A stretch of 64,000 nucleotides of DNA, taken from Mugil cephalus (taxonomy: Eukaryota). Below the pieces are notes generated by a model that saw nothing but the letters and a program-made list of their open reading frames with translations, searched no databases and was not told where the DNA came from. The DNA is taken from the NCBI RefSeq assembly GCF_022458985.1, contig NC_061776.1, forward strand, positions 8,386,591-8,450,590. The letters are read 5' to 3'. A program made the position numbers and the translations under genes. Positions 13,111-25,485 of this stretch are shown here, in pieces. Within the stretch, counting starts at the first letter, position 1, and each line of letters begins with the position of its first letter.

Positions 13111-14689
13111 ATGTGTTGCAAACAAAACTTTTCATTATTGTCTGGTGGCCACATGTAAAACACAGTAGAAAGTAATGGTTTGCAAAATGAAATGTATGTT
13201 CTTGACCTGGACACATATCGTTGCGTCTCACACAAAAGAAGGCTTTTCTACAAGGTTACTAAAGGTTGAACACGACTACTGTCGACGGTAGACAACACCA
13301 CAGCAACAGTGTCGACTAATAGAACACAACAGAACTAAACATTAACACATGAACTTATCATTACTGCGTGCTGCAGATATGTTTATTCTATATTAATCAG
13401 TACAGTCAGTTGCATTTAATAGTGCTTCACAGCGTGTTGTAAGACAGGAGCTGTGGAGTTAAGTTTGTTTGCAGGAACATGGCTGTGATTGGCTGTCGCA
13501 CTATCAAAGTATTTTTTTCTTTTTGTTGGTTGAAACACACCCCATAATGAAATCAAAATGCTGCGTTATCAGACTTATATTCTGATAAGAGTTGATTCTG
13601 GATATGTCAGGCCAGTCCCCAGGTAACACTAATACCATGTACCAATACCATAGTGCTTAAATGTGTAAGCTTGAGTAGTATTTCTTATTTTGCTTGAATA
13701 CTCTGAAATAACTTGGATTTTGCCAGCTGATACTGTACATATGAATAGAATACAAATGAGCCCTTGAACCTGTCGGTGAAATTCATCACAAACTGCTGCA
13801 GACTTGAGTTCAAACTAGATGGATCAAGTTGGTAAATTTGCTCTGTGTAACTTGGGAACATATTCAAGTGTATCAATGTGTAACACAGTGTATCACAGAT
13901 TTAAAGGTTAAGATTTGAGTTATTTTATGCTTTTATCAATAAACGCCAATGAAATGAAACCTGTGCAGCTGAGATTCAGTGGCCCATTGAACACCTCCTT
14001 TCTACTGAAGTCATTGTTTACACACACAAACATCTTAAGAGCAGACTGACATTAGCCGTCCTTCACTGTAATTAATGGCTTCAGTGTAGTTTATTCCTCT
14101 TGGCATCTGTGCACGCTCGGTAATCAGTTCAAAATCAACTGTTTCTTGATCCATTTCCTTTCCAGTTCCCTTGAGTCCACAGCAGACTTTGAACGCCTCA
14201 TTGTAGGAAAACCATATGTGACTAATTAAAGGCTCCTTTCCTTTAAGCCGGTATTCACAAAAGCAGTGGTGTGTCCTTGCTGCACTCACAAAGCAACAAA
14301 GTACTCCAGAAAGATTGTTTACAGATTAAAATACTTTATTTAGAGTGTGCTGTTGAGTGACATTATTGTTTTTGGTGGCGCTGCTCACAGCTGCAAAATA
14401 TGGTGAAATAAGACAAAAAGATCTACTAAAATTAAAACCCAGCTTTAAAAATATGGTTTCAAACCTTATTTAGTTCATATTTGTGACTAAATAAGCAGAA
14501 ATCATAGATAATGTTCAAACCTAATAACATAAGAAACTGTTTTAGGAAAAATGCTAAATCAGTTAGTGACTCAGTTTTATTTGTATGCAACCAAACTGCA
14601 TTAATTGTGCACTATATGATTAGTGTGTAGTCTCCAGGTCCTGTACAGAAGACGGTATGCAACAATGACACAATTCATGCACATAAAAA

Positions 14690-14775
14690 ACCACTCCTCT
14701 TCCACTACTCCCCAGGCACAAGGTGTCCCCCAAGGCTCAGTGCTGGGTCCCCTCCGGTTTATAAGTGTTTTATGA
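14690..14775 (+). mobile_element. Short LINE RT remnant
   Basis: Translation GVPQGSVLGPLRF from ggtgtcccccaaggctcagtgctgggtcccctcc. Confidence 0.5.
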
Positions 14776-14944
14776 TGATGATTATCATTATGATTATATT
14801 AATTTGACGATTAGTGAGTTGGTTTCTTACTGCTGGTCCAGGTTACGTTTCAAAGAAGCATTTAAAGTGTTGATGCATTAACTCACAAATCTGAAACTGG
14901 TCCTGTCTAACTCTTGGTCTTTCTGTGTAGCTCCAGCTAGAAAC

Positions 14945-14992
14945 ATGGAGGCGTGTATGATGAAGCCAGAAGTGAAAAAGAAACCAAAGCCG
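14945..14992 (+). CDS. Gene B putative start exon MEACMMKPEVKKKPKP
   Basis: Kozak-like aaacATGG and donor ccg|gtgaga. An upstream acceptor at 14930 leaves open that this is an internal exon. Confidence 0.5.
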
Positions 14993-16451
14993 GTGAGAAT
15001 ATTTACAGCTCAAATCTGAGTTAACAGTCTCAAATTATTTTTATTTTTATACAATATAAACCATCTCCAAAATGAAATAAACACAATCCTGTGAAATATT
15101 GGTAGGTAGAAGATCTTATGTGCTTAAATTACTTGGTAGACTGGTTGCTATGGTCACACTATGGAAGACCGTACCCGTACGTCACGGATAAGGCCACGCC
15201 CCCCCATGGATGAACACAGAGGAGAAGTTGCTGCGTTGTGTATCGTTCAATTTGTAGATTTTCTCTGCTCTCCTCAAGGGAGAAGTACAAAAACGGAATA
15301 AATGTATGACTTCAGGCCATACAACGGGTGGACAAAGATGGAAAGCTGTGGGACCCTGGTAGTCGATATGTGCGTTTGCGGCAAAGAGTCACTTTAAATA
15401 ATGATGCTAGCGTTAGCTAATGTCCGTAGTTGTCATAGTTGTTTGTTATAATGTTAAAAAGTCAAAGAAGTTAATGTTGATGCTGAACTGAAATGACATT
15501 AACGTTAGGTAACGACAGAGGAGAGTTAACTGTTACGTTACTGTAAAGCGTTTTTATTTATTTATTTCAATGAAACGTTGTCTAAGCTTCATGCTGTATT
15601 TATGTCGTGATTAACGTTACTTAATTCAACACTTTTTGCTGTCATATAAAAATATATATCCGGCCACTAAGTGAAGTCGTTCACCCATTTCTCTGTCCGG
15701 GGTCTATATGGACATACGGCCTCTAGTTTTTCAAGTTTTTCTAAGTGACGTCGCCGTCCGTCGCTTGGCAACGACATTACTTATGTGTCCACCTGACTAA
15801 CAGTAGTAAACCGAATGGGGGCGTGGCCTAAATTTCTACCGTTATATACCGTTATCTACAGTTTGGCACATTAAGCTAGCAGTCGGCCATTTTCTGCTCC
15901 TGTGGCTTAAGTTTTCCTGGTGTGTATTCCACCTTTGGAGCTAGCCGTACCACTTGTTAGTGGTTTTTTAGACAATTCAGCATTCATGTGGATGTTACTT
16001 AGGACAGGTACCACCCACCTAGACCAGACCAGTCACCCCTACCCCATAGCAATGACGCTCCTTGATGTCATATAGTTGGGTGTCTGTGGAACCTATGGTC
16101 AACATCATTGTCATGGGAGTCACAGTTGTTGTGTTGCTCATGTTTTCTGATGTTGGATATTATCATCTTGGTGTGAACACAGCATCTTTACAAAGAGTGC
16201 TACCGAGATCACATCGCAGCTTAATCGCGCTACTAAAAGTAGCATGTTTTATTTAGCTGATGAAGTTTTGGTGGCGTATTGAAGTAGAAGAAGAAGAAAG
16301 CACTAACAATCTGCCTGTTAAAGATGCACGTTGTCTTCATCTTTGTATTAGAAATCTAATCCACAGTGCACCAGCTGACTTTTAATGAATGAGAAAATAT
16401 GACTTATATTTGAGGTTTATCAACATTTCTTCTTTTGTTCTCTCTTCACAG

Positions 16452-16478
16452 CCCAAACCTCCTCCAAAGCCTTCAGAG
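16452..16478 (+). CDS. Gene B micro-exon PKPPPKPSE (9 codons)
   Basis: Acceptor cttcacag|ccc and donor gag|gtaata. Confidence 0.5.
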
Positions 16479-16611
16479 GTAATAAACCCAGACCTTTCAT
16501 TAACAAACAAACACACGCGTAATTGTGTCTTTGCTTGTTTCCTGACATGTATGTGTGGTGACATAAGTGGGTTTCAAAGTATGTTAACAGACGGCAAAAT
16601 AATGTTTACAG

Positions 16612-16680
16612 GCAAAAAGAAACGACCCAGAGAGACTTGAGAAACTGTCTCCTGTGGTTCCTCGACGACCGATGAACAAC
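16612..16680 (+). CDS. Gene B exon AKRNDPERLEKLSPVVPRRPMNN
   Basis: Acceptor ttacag|gca and donor aac|gtaagt. 69 nt. Confidence 0.55.
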
Positions 16681-17476
16681 GTAAGTTTTAATGCTTTGTT
16701 TGTGCACAGAACGTCAGACTAATACTGAGGATTTGTAGACAGCATTTATGTTTCATTTCATGTCTAAAATTATATGAGAGCATCTAGGGCTGGGCAGTAT
16801 GATCAAAAATGTGTATCACAGTATTTATTTTTTTTCATGCATAATCACAAGTTCACAACGTTTCCTACTGGTTGAAAGAGAAATTAATGCAGTAGATTGG
16901 CTAAGGATGGACTATTTTACTGTGATGATGAGTAAATGTTGTAGAATAATCCCACACTAGCAGTAAAACAGGTTTGCACGGCCCTGTGTTAGCACTGCCT
17001 GCTGATGTGGAAATCTGGGAATATTTACATGTTCCTGGTTATTAATATTTAAACTGCTATGTCTGTAAAGTCAACAGCAAATAGCAGCGCGACCGGCTAC
17101 CGTAATAATTGTAGTCTGCGTGCAACATTTTTTTTTTTCTTCTTCACCACTCCTCACAATGACACAGTCACACCATGTGCGTTTTGAAGCGCTACATTGA
17201 AAACGGTCCGGTGTGAAACAGTGTGTCACGGTGTAGCATTCAAAACGCTGTTTAATCAATTACACCGGTATGTTGGTATATTAGACATTCATATCATAAT
17301 TAATTAAAAATACTGTTATTCGATATGAACCGGTGCAGTATGAATGCACAGGTAGAGCTGTAGCTATACTAAAAGAAAACAAGTTTCTCACTGAGTATTC
17401 TGTGTTAAGGTTTATGAATGTGTTTTAGAAGATTTGTTGGACACTCAACCTTTTATTTGTGTCATCATTCGTGCAG

Positions 17477-17530
17477 GAACTGACCCACACACATAACAGA
17501 GTAAACAGAATGGCAGCGGCAATAAACGAG
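17477..17530 (+). CDS. Gene B exon ELTHTHNRVNRMAAAINE
   Basis: Acceptor gtgcag|gaa and donor gag|gtgggt. 54 nt. Confidence 0.5.
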
Positions 17531-17725
17531 GTGGGTTATGGTTCATAAAAAGGGGTTTAAAGTTGATAATATCCCACTAAATGTTTAATAATGTACAAAT
17601 ACAGCAAATACACACATCTGGGGCTTGTTTCCTGTCTGTCAGATAATCTTCAGATTAAAAAAAGAGGTGTGGTTTGATTTTATTTGAGTATATGTGGGTA
17701 ACCATGTGGAGTTTTGTTTTATTAG

Positions 17726-17806
17726 GCTAATGGAAAAATAAAGCAGCAGGAGACGAGAGAGAAACCATCAGAAACTCCTGTTGTTCCGCCCAGACCAACA
17801 GAGAAG
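17726..17806 (+). CDS. Gene B exon ANGKIKQQETREKPSETPVVPPRPTEK
   Basis: Acceptor ttattag|gct and donor aag|gtgcag. 81 nt. Confidence 0.5.
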
Positions 17807-17885
17807 GTGCAGTACACCCAAATTTTCCATTGGGGAAATATTCTCAGGATCACAGTTTGCTTAATAATCTTGATTTGTTTATCTT

Positions 17886-17926
17886 GTTATTGTTCCGTCT
17901 TTTGTGTGTGTGTGTGTGTGTGTGTA
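17886..17926. repeat. (TG)n microsatellite abutting the acceptor of the exon at 17928
   Basis: Direct read. Confidence 0.9.
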
Positions 17927-17927
17927 G

Positions 17928-17987
17928 GAACTGAATTCTGCAACCAGGTACAGCCAACGCAAGAGGATAGAGGCCGACAACAATGAG
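17928..17987 (+). CDS. Gene B exon ELNSATRYSQRKRIEADNNE
   Basis: Acceptor (tg)n-tgtag|gaa and donor gag|gtacac. 60 nt. Confidence 0.5.
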
Positions 17988-18079
17988 GTACACACAAAAA
18001 AATGAAACCGCACGTTCCTCCTCCTCCTCGCTCATTTTCATAAATTGTCGCCTCACTGTTTTTTTCTTTTTGTCCTCAG

Positions 18080-18145
18080 GGCGTCAGAGAAACGAACCAA
18101 CCAGAAGCTGCTGAGGTTCACAAAGATGAACTGGACTTCAAACAG
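18080..18145 (+). CDS. Gene B acidic exon GVRETNQPEAAEVHKDELDFKQ
   Basis: Acceptor tcctcag|ggc and donor cag|gtacga. 66 nt. Confidence 0.55.
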
Positions 18146-18222
18146 GTACGACAGCCTCCGCTCTGGCCTCAGCTCTGGTTTAACTTCTGTCTTCACATTT
18201 CCTAACACATGCTCTGTTGTAG

Positions 18223-18288
18223 AATAATCAGTCGGCTCTGACTGGAATGTTTCGACGAAGCCAGAAAGAGAAGTCGCCTACGTTCACT
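18223..18288 (+). CDS. Gene B basic exon NNQSALTGMFRRSQKEKSPTFT
   Basis: Acceptor ttgtag|aat and donor act|gtaagc. 66 nt. Paralogous to the exon at 21308 (FLTGMFGKTNKETSPTLT). The upstream intron is only 77 bp. Confidence 0.5.
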
Positions 18289-19673
18289 GTAAGCAGCCAC
18301 TGCTCTTCACTACAGATTAGACAGCAAACACAAAGTCATCACAGTCCTTTTGTAGGTTTTTTTTTTTTTTTTTTTACAAGTAAAATGACGATACTCATCT
18401 GTTGGGGATATTCAAAAGAGAAAAAAGAAAAAGAGAAAAAAAATTACAGGCGAATTCCAAAACATTAGGTACACTGGTTGGGAAACAAATACATTATAAT
18501 ATAAAAGTTTAGCTTCATGGAGGTTCCAGTCAAATTAATTTATACAATACATTTTAAATAAACGCAGAGGTTTCCAAAATGCTGTATAGAGGGTATGCAT
18601 GTGACATCACAGCTTAGCTTTACTTATTTATTTGTTCGCATGACAGAATTGGATCTAAAAAGGAACACGACTGTCAGTGTTCGCCAGTAGCTATTTTATT
18701 TTATTTTATTTTTTATTATCATTATTTTGCTGCTTATTATATTGTAGTTTTTTAGTTTAAGTTCTTTGTAAATTGATTCTAGATGTAAAGGGGCAGATTA
18801 TATAAGATTATTCTTCTTTTTGCTCCCTTTCGTTCAGATTTGGGAACATTTGTGCTTCTATTGAATTGTTTTGCTTTAATCAATGAATAAAATAAAATAA
18901 ATGAACAAATAAAATAAATATGTGCACATAAAATTAACAACCTACGTGGTATGAAAAGCCAAGGAAAGAGGTGGGTTTTAAGAAGAGCTTTACTGTAGTT
19001 GTATTGAATTAAAGTGTTTCTGCTTTTTAGCCTAGAACTAGCCTAAAATTAGGTTGTTATAATAGAATAGTATGTCAACACAACACAATACAACTCAATA
19101 GTGCTACAAACCACAGCCTCTAAAATTAATTTCTGAATATCATGAAGCTAGTATTTAGTGCAGGATTATTAAGTAGTTAGTTGAACTCATTGTTTCACTT
19201 GTGTACCTGATGAACTGGCAGTTGAGTGTGTGCAGGTAGACGTGGTGCATTAGAATTCAATATGGTGGATAAATCCTTCAACAGGTTGTATCAAGAGCTT
19301 GTATCAAGATTCTTTTACAGTACTTCTGGTCACAAAGCAGCAGTTCTCTCTCATTTTTTTCACATGAGTCATTTTAAATTAAGTATGTCAGAAGGTAAAC
19401 ACACAGATTAGTGTCTGGATCTGGTTCTGGTAGAGGACAAGCGTGCGTGGGTGTGCACATGCATGCAACACAAAACTGTATTCAAACACATTAGGTGTGT
19501 CGACATGTAAAAGCAGCTTTTCATGACTCACAGATTTAACCCATTCAGTATATATGTATATGTACATTTAGTCATTTGACAGACTCATAAATGTAAAAGT
19601 TTATGGCATCTGCTCAACACAAGACATTTTAGTTTGTATTTGAGATCAGTTTCCTCATGTTTGTTCTCCCCAG

Positions 19674-19751
19674 AGCTACATGATCGACAACTTTGACGAA
19701 GAGGAAAAGGCTGACGACATCCAAGTCAAACAGGCTCCTGGCAACAAACCG
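19674..19751 (+). CDS. Gene B acidic exon SYMIDNFDEEEKADDIQVKQAPGNKP
   Basis: Acceptor ccccag|agc and donor ccg|gtatgt. 78 nt. Confidence 0.6.
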
Positions 19752-19836
19752 GTATGTCTGTGTGTTTTCGTGTGTGTTTGTGTGTTGCACTGTTAATGAT
19801 GTCAGCCGGTTCATGACATGTGACTGTGGTCAGCAG

Positions 19837-19887
19837 GGCGGTCTGAAGGGAGTATTCAGAGGGTTACAGTTCAAGACATCACCAAAG
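19837..19887 (+). CDS. Gene B basic exon GGLKGVFRGLQFKTSPK. A NAGNAG tandem acceptor cagcag allows a start at 19834 and adds Q.
   Basis: Donor aag|gtatga. 51 or 54 nt. The upstream intron is 82 bp. Confidence 0.45.
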
Positions 19888-21030
19888 GTATGAAGCACCT
19901 GCTGGGTTTGGTGTTTTCTGCTGGTGGTGGTCGCTTTTTTTTTTTTTTTTTTTTTACTTCTAATACTGTAGTTAGAAGTTTAGTAGCTTAAAAGGAGAAC
20001 TTTTGGTAACACATGCTTAAGCTACAGACACACTAAAAGCCCTATGTCACTTGTTTCTGCACTGAAAAGTGGTACCTGAACACACCATGAAGGCTACAGG
20101 AAATGGCTAGCGAACGGAAACCATCTACTCTACTCTATCATTCAAACGGAATGAGAAAAAATGTCTCCATGTAAACCTGGCTAGTGCTAACCGCCACACC
20201 ACTGTCGTGCATTTGAATGTCCACATTAGATAAAGCTATAACGCAAACAAAGCCTTCTGTGTGCGCTTTTAACAGTGTTGTTATCCATTAGCCCATGTTG
20301 TTCATATTCAACATGGGCTGAACTGTTGTAACTAACTAACCGATGATGGTTGGTTTGGTGTGGCACGGCCTTTAGACGTCTTCAGAAATCCTTCCCAGTA
20401 TTGAAAATGTCTCCATGTCCAGTTCTTTTCGGATACTGTGGGACACGTAGCCTACAGCCAGTGCCTCGTCGTTGCGGCTCCCTGTGTAATAACACCACCC
20501 AAACAGTAGTCGGCGCTGTGCCAGTCTCTGTTTCTACTTCCTGCTTCATTTTCAATAATGTCGACTGAAACGTTCACTGGAATTTCACCAAAGACGAGTC
20601 CTACAAATGTTTGTGTCTCTGAACCTCCTCAGTTAACCTCTCTTTGATGTGTTCCATCTTTATTGATCCCAAACAATTAATTTGAACATCGCGTAGATGG
20701 AAAAGTAACCGAAAATACTAAAGCAGAAACACGCTACGACCAACAGGGCCAATCTCAGCTCTTGCCTGTGATTGTAGTTAACCATTTTTATACCATTTTA
20801 ATGTTTTCTATCTTCAGATCACAGATCAAATCAATCAAAGCAGCTCAGAGGACCATCCTCCCAACACAGTCTAGTGCAGGGTCGTTACATTAGTTTGTGA
20901 GTTTGTGCTTTGTTCAGCTCTGCCGTCGCTGCTTTGGTGTTTTTTGGGACTTCCATTCTTGCAGTTTCTGTTCTCGTCTGGTTGCGCCGTTAAAACCACA
21001 GACTGCTCATGTAGCGGAGTCTTCCTCCAG

Positions 21031-21135
21031 GTCAGCAGAGAGCCGAGTCCGGATCCCACGGCCGATGAAGCGGCTTCACAAAAGGAACAATCCACAGAGA
21101 AACCCAAGCAGGAAAGACATGCTGAAGCCAAACAG
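21031..21135 (+). CDS. Gene B exon VSREPSPDPTADEAASQKEQSTEKPKQERHAEAKQ
   Basis: Acceptor cctccag|gtc and donor cag|gtaaaa. 105 nt. Confidence 0.55.
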
Positions 21136-21307
21136 GTAAAATTCCAAAAAAACGGATCCTGGTTCTGCTTTTTCAAACACAAAAAAACGCATTAATTTAA
21201 CAAGACGTCGTTTGAGGTGAGTTTGTTTCATTTTATAGAAATGCTAATAGTAGTTTTAGCTTCTTTTTTATTTGTAACTTAAGGTTTTACTCTCCACCTT
21301 TCCTCAG

Positions 21308-21373
21308 GACAAAGGAGGTTTTCTCACTGGAATGTTCGGCAAAACAAACAAAGAGACGTCTCCGACACTGACG
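21308..21373 (+). CDS. Gene B basic exon DKGGFLTGMFGKTNKETSPTLT
   Basis: Acceptor tcctcag|gac and donor acg|gtagca. 66 nt. Confidence 0.6.
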
Positions 21374-21456
21374 GTAGCATCGACTGATTCTTCACCTTCT
21401 TCTTTTTAGTTTTAATCCCTTTCTGCTCGTTCACTCATCCCCATGTTTGCTGGCAG

Positions 21457-21519
21457 GTCAGTAAATCAGACAGTGATGCCGAAGATGATGTAGAGGAGAA
21501 GACATCACAACAAATGCAC
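21457..21519 (+). CDS. Gene B acidic exon VSKSDSDAEDDVEEKTSQQMH
   Basis: Acceptor tggcag|gtc and donor cac|gtaagt. 63 nt. Confidence 0.6.
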
Positions 21520-21614
21520 GTAAGTCTGTGTACGCTACTTTAAAAAAAACAGGAACTTGACGATGGTTAAAAGAACAAGGAGAATGAAGAATGAGGGGGA
21601 GAACATGAGCAAGA

Positions 21615-21830
21615 ACATGTTTCAGTGCTTTAACCTCCTGAGAGCTGAGCTTTTGTTTGGTATGCATTCTTGATTTCTCTTTATTTATGATTAGTAAGAC
21701 CTAAAAACTATAAAAACTAAGCATCGTCTTTGAACAGGAAGTAGTTTTTGGAAAAGAACTTTGTCCTCGTGTGTGGACACAGGGATTATTTCACTGTATA
21801 TTATAATAAAGTCACCAATGTAACAAAATA
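21615..21830 (+). mobile_element. Related repeat sub-family R2, copy 1 (same ttaacctcctgaga terminus; in a gene B intron)
   Basis: About 80% identical to 43805-44020 (..gagcttttgtttg..aaaactaagcatc.tctttgaacagg.agtagtt..gtggacacagggattattt..). Confidence 0.55.
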
Positions 21831-22205
21831 TAAAACTGAACATGGCTGTGCAAAGACAGAATTGCAAATAATGAAGTGGAGTACTTGCTAATTAAGTTAA
21901 AGTTTCATACTATTCTACTAATAGAATTTGCCATGTTGTCATATTGTACTATTGTACTGTAATAAATGGTAAATGTTGGGCTGGAACCTGCATTTTTATT
22001 GTTACAGTAAGAACCCTGAAGCCGTGAAAAACAGAAGTTACAATAATAATAACATACATTTGCATTAAGGAAGTTTATATTTATCCACCCTCTTGTAGAC
22101 TGAGTGTAAAAAAAGACTAAATAAATTAACTTGAAGACGCGTTTAGAACAAATACAAACTTTTTTTTCGTTTTTGTCTTTTTTTGTCTTCCATGTTGGTT
22201 CACAG

Positions 22206-22274
22206 GAAAAGGGAAACTTCTTCTCTGGGATTCTTAAAAAGACCAATAAACCATCAGAGGAGATGTCTGCACAG
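22206..22274 (+). CDS. Gene B basic module EKGNFFSGILKKTNKPSEEMSAQ
   Basis: Acceptor ttcacag|gaa and donor cag|gtgagc. 69 nt. Confidence 0.7.
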
Positions 22275-23672
22275 GTGAGCAACATTATCATCAGATACTT
22301 ATTTTGTGACGAGGTTTGTGAGAAGATTGATTCCACTTCTCATCTCTGAATCTTCAATAGGAAATTAATTAATTAATTAACAGCCATTAAATAAATGCAT
22401 TGTCACTATACAAAAAAAAATACATTTATCGTTTTAGATTAAATTTTACAAACGATGTTCGATGCGTTCACTTGACTCAGTATTTTTGGTACCAAGATCA
22501 ACTTAATATTTTGTTCATTCTAAACTGATATTTTCTGCTTCACTTGACATTGAACTGGTTTCAAGTTCTGGTAACTTAATAAAATTGACCTGATGACTCA
22601 GTATTTTAATTCCCCAAGTCTCACTTCACTCTTTAGACTCAACAAAGAACATCAACACAACAGTTTCCATGAGTCTTTTTGTGTTCCGACAACTTCTCAT
22701 GAAATGACTTTTAACCAGCAGAATTTATTGAGTTACGGGAACTATCTTCACAATCAGGAGTGTTTTTAATTCTGAATTAGTCAAGATGGATGACTCAGCC
22801 TAGTCCACTATCAATCATAACAAATAATAATAATAAATGAAATTCTACTCGCTTTAAACTCAGCTAAGCTAATGATAGTGATAATAGCTCAGGAGGTCGA
22901 GCCAATAACCCAATAAGTGAAAGGTTGGCGGTAGTTTACCACCACCAGGATGTGACTGTGTGAGCAAATGAATAATATATCCAGTGTTAAGCGTCTATGA
23001 CAAAGCGATATGTAAAACACATGCATTATCATTAATGAAAACATCTAACTGGAACAACTTAATTTTAAAATGCAGGTTAACTTAAACTGTTCATAACTTT
23101 GAGAATTAAGCAAATAACAAAACTAAAGATTTCTTTTAAACAATGTGAAGAAACTGGGGAACAGATACAGCTTCAACGAAAGATTAATGGACAATTACTG
23201 TGGAAGAAATCTTCTTATGGAAAACTTGACACTCATACTGATGTTACTGATCCTGATTCTGGACAGAAAATGGGAAAAATGGGATATATACAAAACTCAA
23301 AGCGATGATACTGGACCGGATCAGTAACCGATGGATGCAATAATCTGTATGTTTGTAATATTATTATACAGTCCACAGACAGCTTTTATTTTTGTTTAGT
23401 TGCTTCAATTTGTTTCTGTGATCGCAGTAATTTGCCAGTAAAGATCCAAGTGATTAAAAAAAGAGAAGATAATAATTCCTGTAACTCAATATATTCTGTT
23501 GGTTAAAAGTCATTTCATGAGAAGCTCAAAAAGACTGATGGAAACTGTTGATTTTCTTTGTTGAGGCATTTGTTTTCAGAGTGAATAGGGCAGCAGGAGG
23601 AAATGCATGGACAGGAGCAGACATTTTTATTTACATCGTGATGTCGTTTGACTTTCTTTCATGGTGTTTCAG

Positions 23673-23744
23673 GACAGTCTGAGTGCTCAGGGTCTCTCTA
23701 CCAGCAGTGACAGTCTGTCCGAAAACAACAACAACAACAACAAG
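23673..23744 (+). CDS. Gene B acidic module DSLSAQGLSTSSDSLSENNNNNNK
   Basis: Acceptor gtttcag|gac and donor aag|gtgagc. 72 nt. Confidence 0.7.
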
Positions 23745-23900
23745 GTGAGCGGCTTAGAGATATCTGTGTGACGGCAGCATGAAGATAACGTTATCTTAAG
23801 TTTCAGTGTAAACACAAATCTGCAGCAGCTAATGTACCCGTCGCTGGCCTGAACTTGACCAAAATAAATAAAGAAGCCGCACTGTCGCCGTCTGTTTCAG

Positions 23901-23972
23901 GAAAAAGGAGGAATATTCAGTGGGATGTTCAAGAAGACGCCAAAACCAGCAGAAGCTACTCAAGCTGAGGAG
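23901..23972 (+). CDS. Gene B basic module EKGGIFSGMFKKTPKPAEATQAEE
   Basis: Acceptor gtttcag|gaa and donor gag|gtggaa. 72 nt. Confidence 0.7.
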
Positions 23973-24067
23973 GTGGAAGAGTTTAAAAAAAAAAATACAT
24001 GAAACATCATGTCCAGATTCATTCACTGGAAAATCTAATTTATTTTATTATTTGTGTGTGTGTTTCA

Positions 24068-24133
24068 GGACCAGAAGTCTCTGAGTGGTGATCTCTCCCG
24101 CAGCAACGACAGTCTGACTGAGACTCACTCAAA
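24068..24133 (+). CDS. Gene B acidic module DQKSLSGDLSRSNDSLTETHSK
   Basis: Acceptor gtttcag|gac and donor aag|gtgact. 66 nt. Confidence 0.7.
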
Positions 24134-24211
24134 GGTGACTCAGTGGACTACGATGCAGCATTATCTTTACCATCTAACCATCTCTAACCGCTCAAATTCA
24201 TTTGTCTCCAG

Positions 24212-24280
24212 GAGAAGGGGTTTTTCAGTGGGATCCTCCGCAAGTCTCCTAAGCTTCCTGTGGAGGGGACACCTGAGCAG
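24212..24280 (+). CDS. Gene B basic module EKGFFSGILRKSPKLPVEGTPEQ
   Basis: Acceptor tctccag|gag and donor cag|gtaatg. 69 nt. Confidence 0.7.
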
Positions 24281-24689
24281 GTAATGATGAAACCATGAGA
24301 TGACTCCACATGCTTTTCTTTACTTCTCAAATGCACATGAGTAACGTTACCGTTACAACAAATGCTTTTTTCCTCAAGTTTATTTTTTAAATGTGCAAAC
24401 AGCAGCACAAATCAATAACAGAACATGTCGTCTTTCAAACAAAAGCGACAAGTGGAGGCTTTTCTAGAGTGGAGGTCAGCCATTAGCAAGCCGTGTTGTA
24501 GTTTCAGTACAACGGCTGTCAGTTGTTAACGGCGCACAAGACGCACTGTGTACAGCGTTGCTTCCTGAATTTGGTCCTTTGAGTTTTCATGCTGCCTGCG
24601 AACCACATCAGAGTTGGTTTGAACTTTCACACCAGCTCAAACGAATCGGGCTATCGGAGGAAACAAACTCTGGTCGGTTTAAAGGCACC

Positions 24690-24835
24690 AAACAGCTCTG
24701 GTGTGAAAGTGAACTAAAGCTGTGGTTCTTAGTTGTGATCAGATTGAAGATGGAAACCCCCAAAATGAGGCTAAACACCAAAGGTGACCGAGCCTTTGTG
24801 CCGGCAGCCTCCAGGCTGTAAAGATAAACCTCTTC
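24690..24835 (+). mobile_element. Fragment of a common teleost interspersed repeat (translates ..LNTKGDRAFVPAASRLW..)
   Basis: The peptide pattern TKGDRAF.VAAP.LWN is a familiar fish repeat signature. A related downstream piece (..LKNLTLTHS..) lies at about 11280-11330. Confidence 0.4.
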
Positions 24836-25428
24836 TCTCTGGCTTTTGGTCTGCGTTTAAGTGAACATCTGGCAAAATTATAATATAGTGTATTTTGTTC
24901 TATTTTATTGCACGGTATTTTATTTTATTTAATGTAAATGTGGCATCGTATGGGTCAGTTTTCACCATCCGTGCTGCTCTTAATCTGTGTTCTATAAATA
25001 AAGTTTGAGTTCAGCCTGTGAATGAACATTAAAGTGCAAATAGGTGTTGAAGAGGAACTAATCCTGAAACTAAAAGACCAAAGAGCTACTGTTAGCTAGG
25101 AGGCTAGGAGGCTAGGAGACTAGGAGGCTAGGACAAGCTAAAGCCAGTTACACAGAGCTGACCTCTCCTGAATACATGAAGTTTTGATGTTTGTTTGTTG
25201 TTTTCAGTGGCTCATACCCTCCCTCACTTCTTCACACGTTAGCATTAAGTTGTTGTAAGCAGTTATATTACATCCTCCTTTATTTAGTTCACTGTAAGAA
25301 CTTCTTACATTTTAGATTTACGTTAATTTAGAAAATTTATGGATGCACTTTTTTGCAGTTTCTTGTTGCTGCAAAGTTTTTTGTTTGTTTGTTTGAGTTC
25401 TTATTTATGACTTTTATTTGTGTTTCAG

Positions 25429-25485
25429 GATAAAGAGTCGGATCCGTCAGCCAGCACTGAGAGTCTGTCTGAAACCAACACCAAA
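25429..25485 (+). CDS. Gene B acidic module DKESDPSASTESLSETNTK
   Basis: Acceptor gtttcag|gat and donor aaa|gtaaga. 57 nt. Confidence 0.65.

Noticed and set aside
14035-14289. 84-aa minus-strand ORF
   Set aside because: No recognisable domain or splice sites. Lies between repeat fragments and is probably a chance ORF in AT-rich DNA.
16389-16640. 83-aa ORF spanning two gene B micro-exons
   Set aside because: The ORF reads through the intron (gtaata...acag). Only the two exon segments (16452-16478 and 16612-16680) are coding, and they are joined in a different phase relationship.
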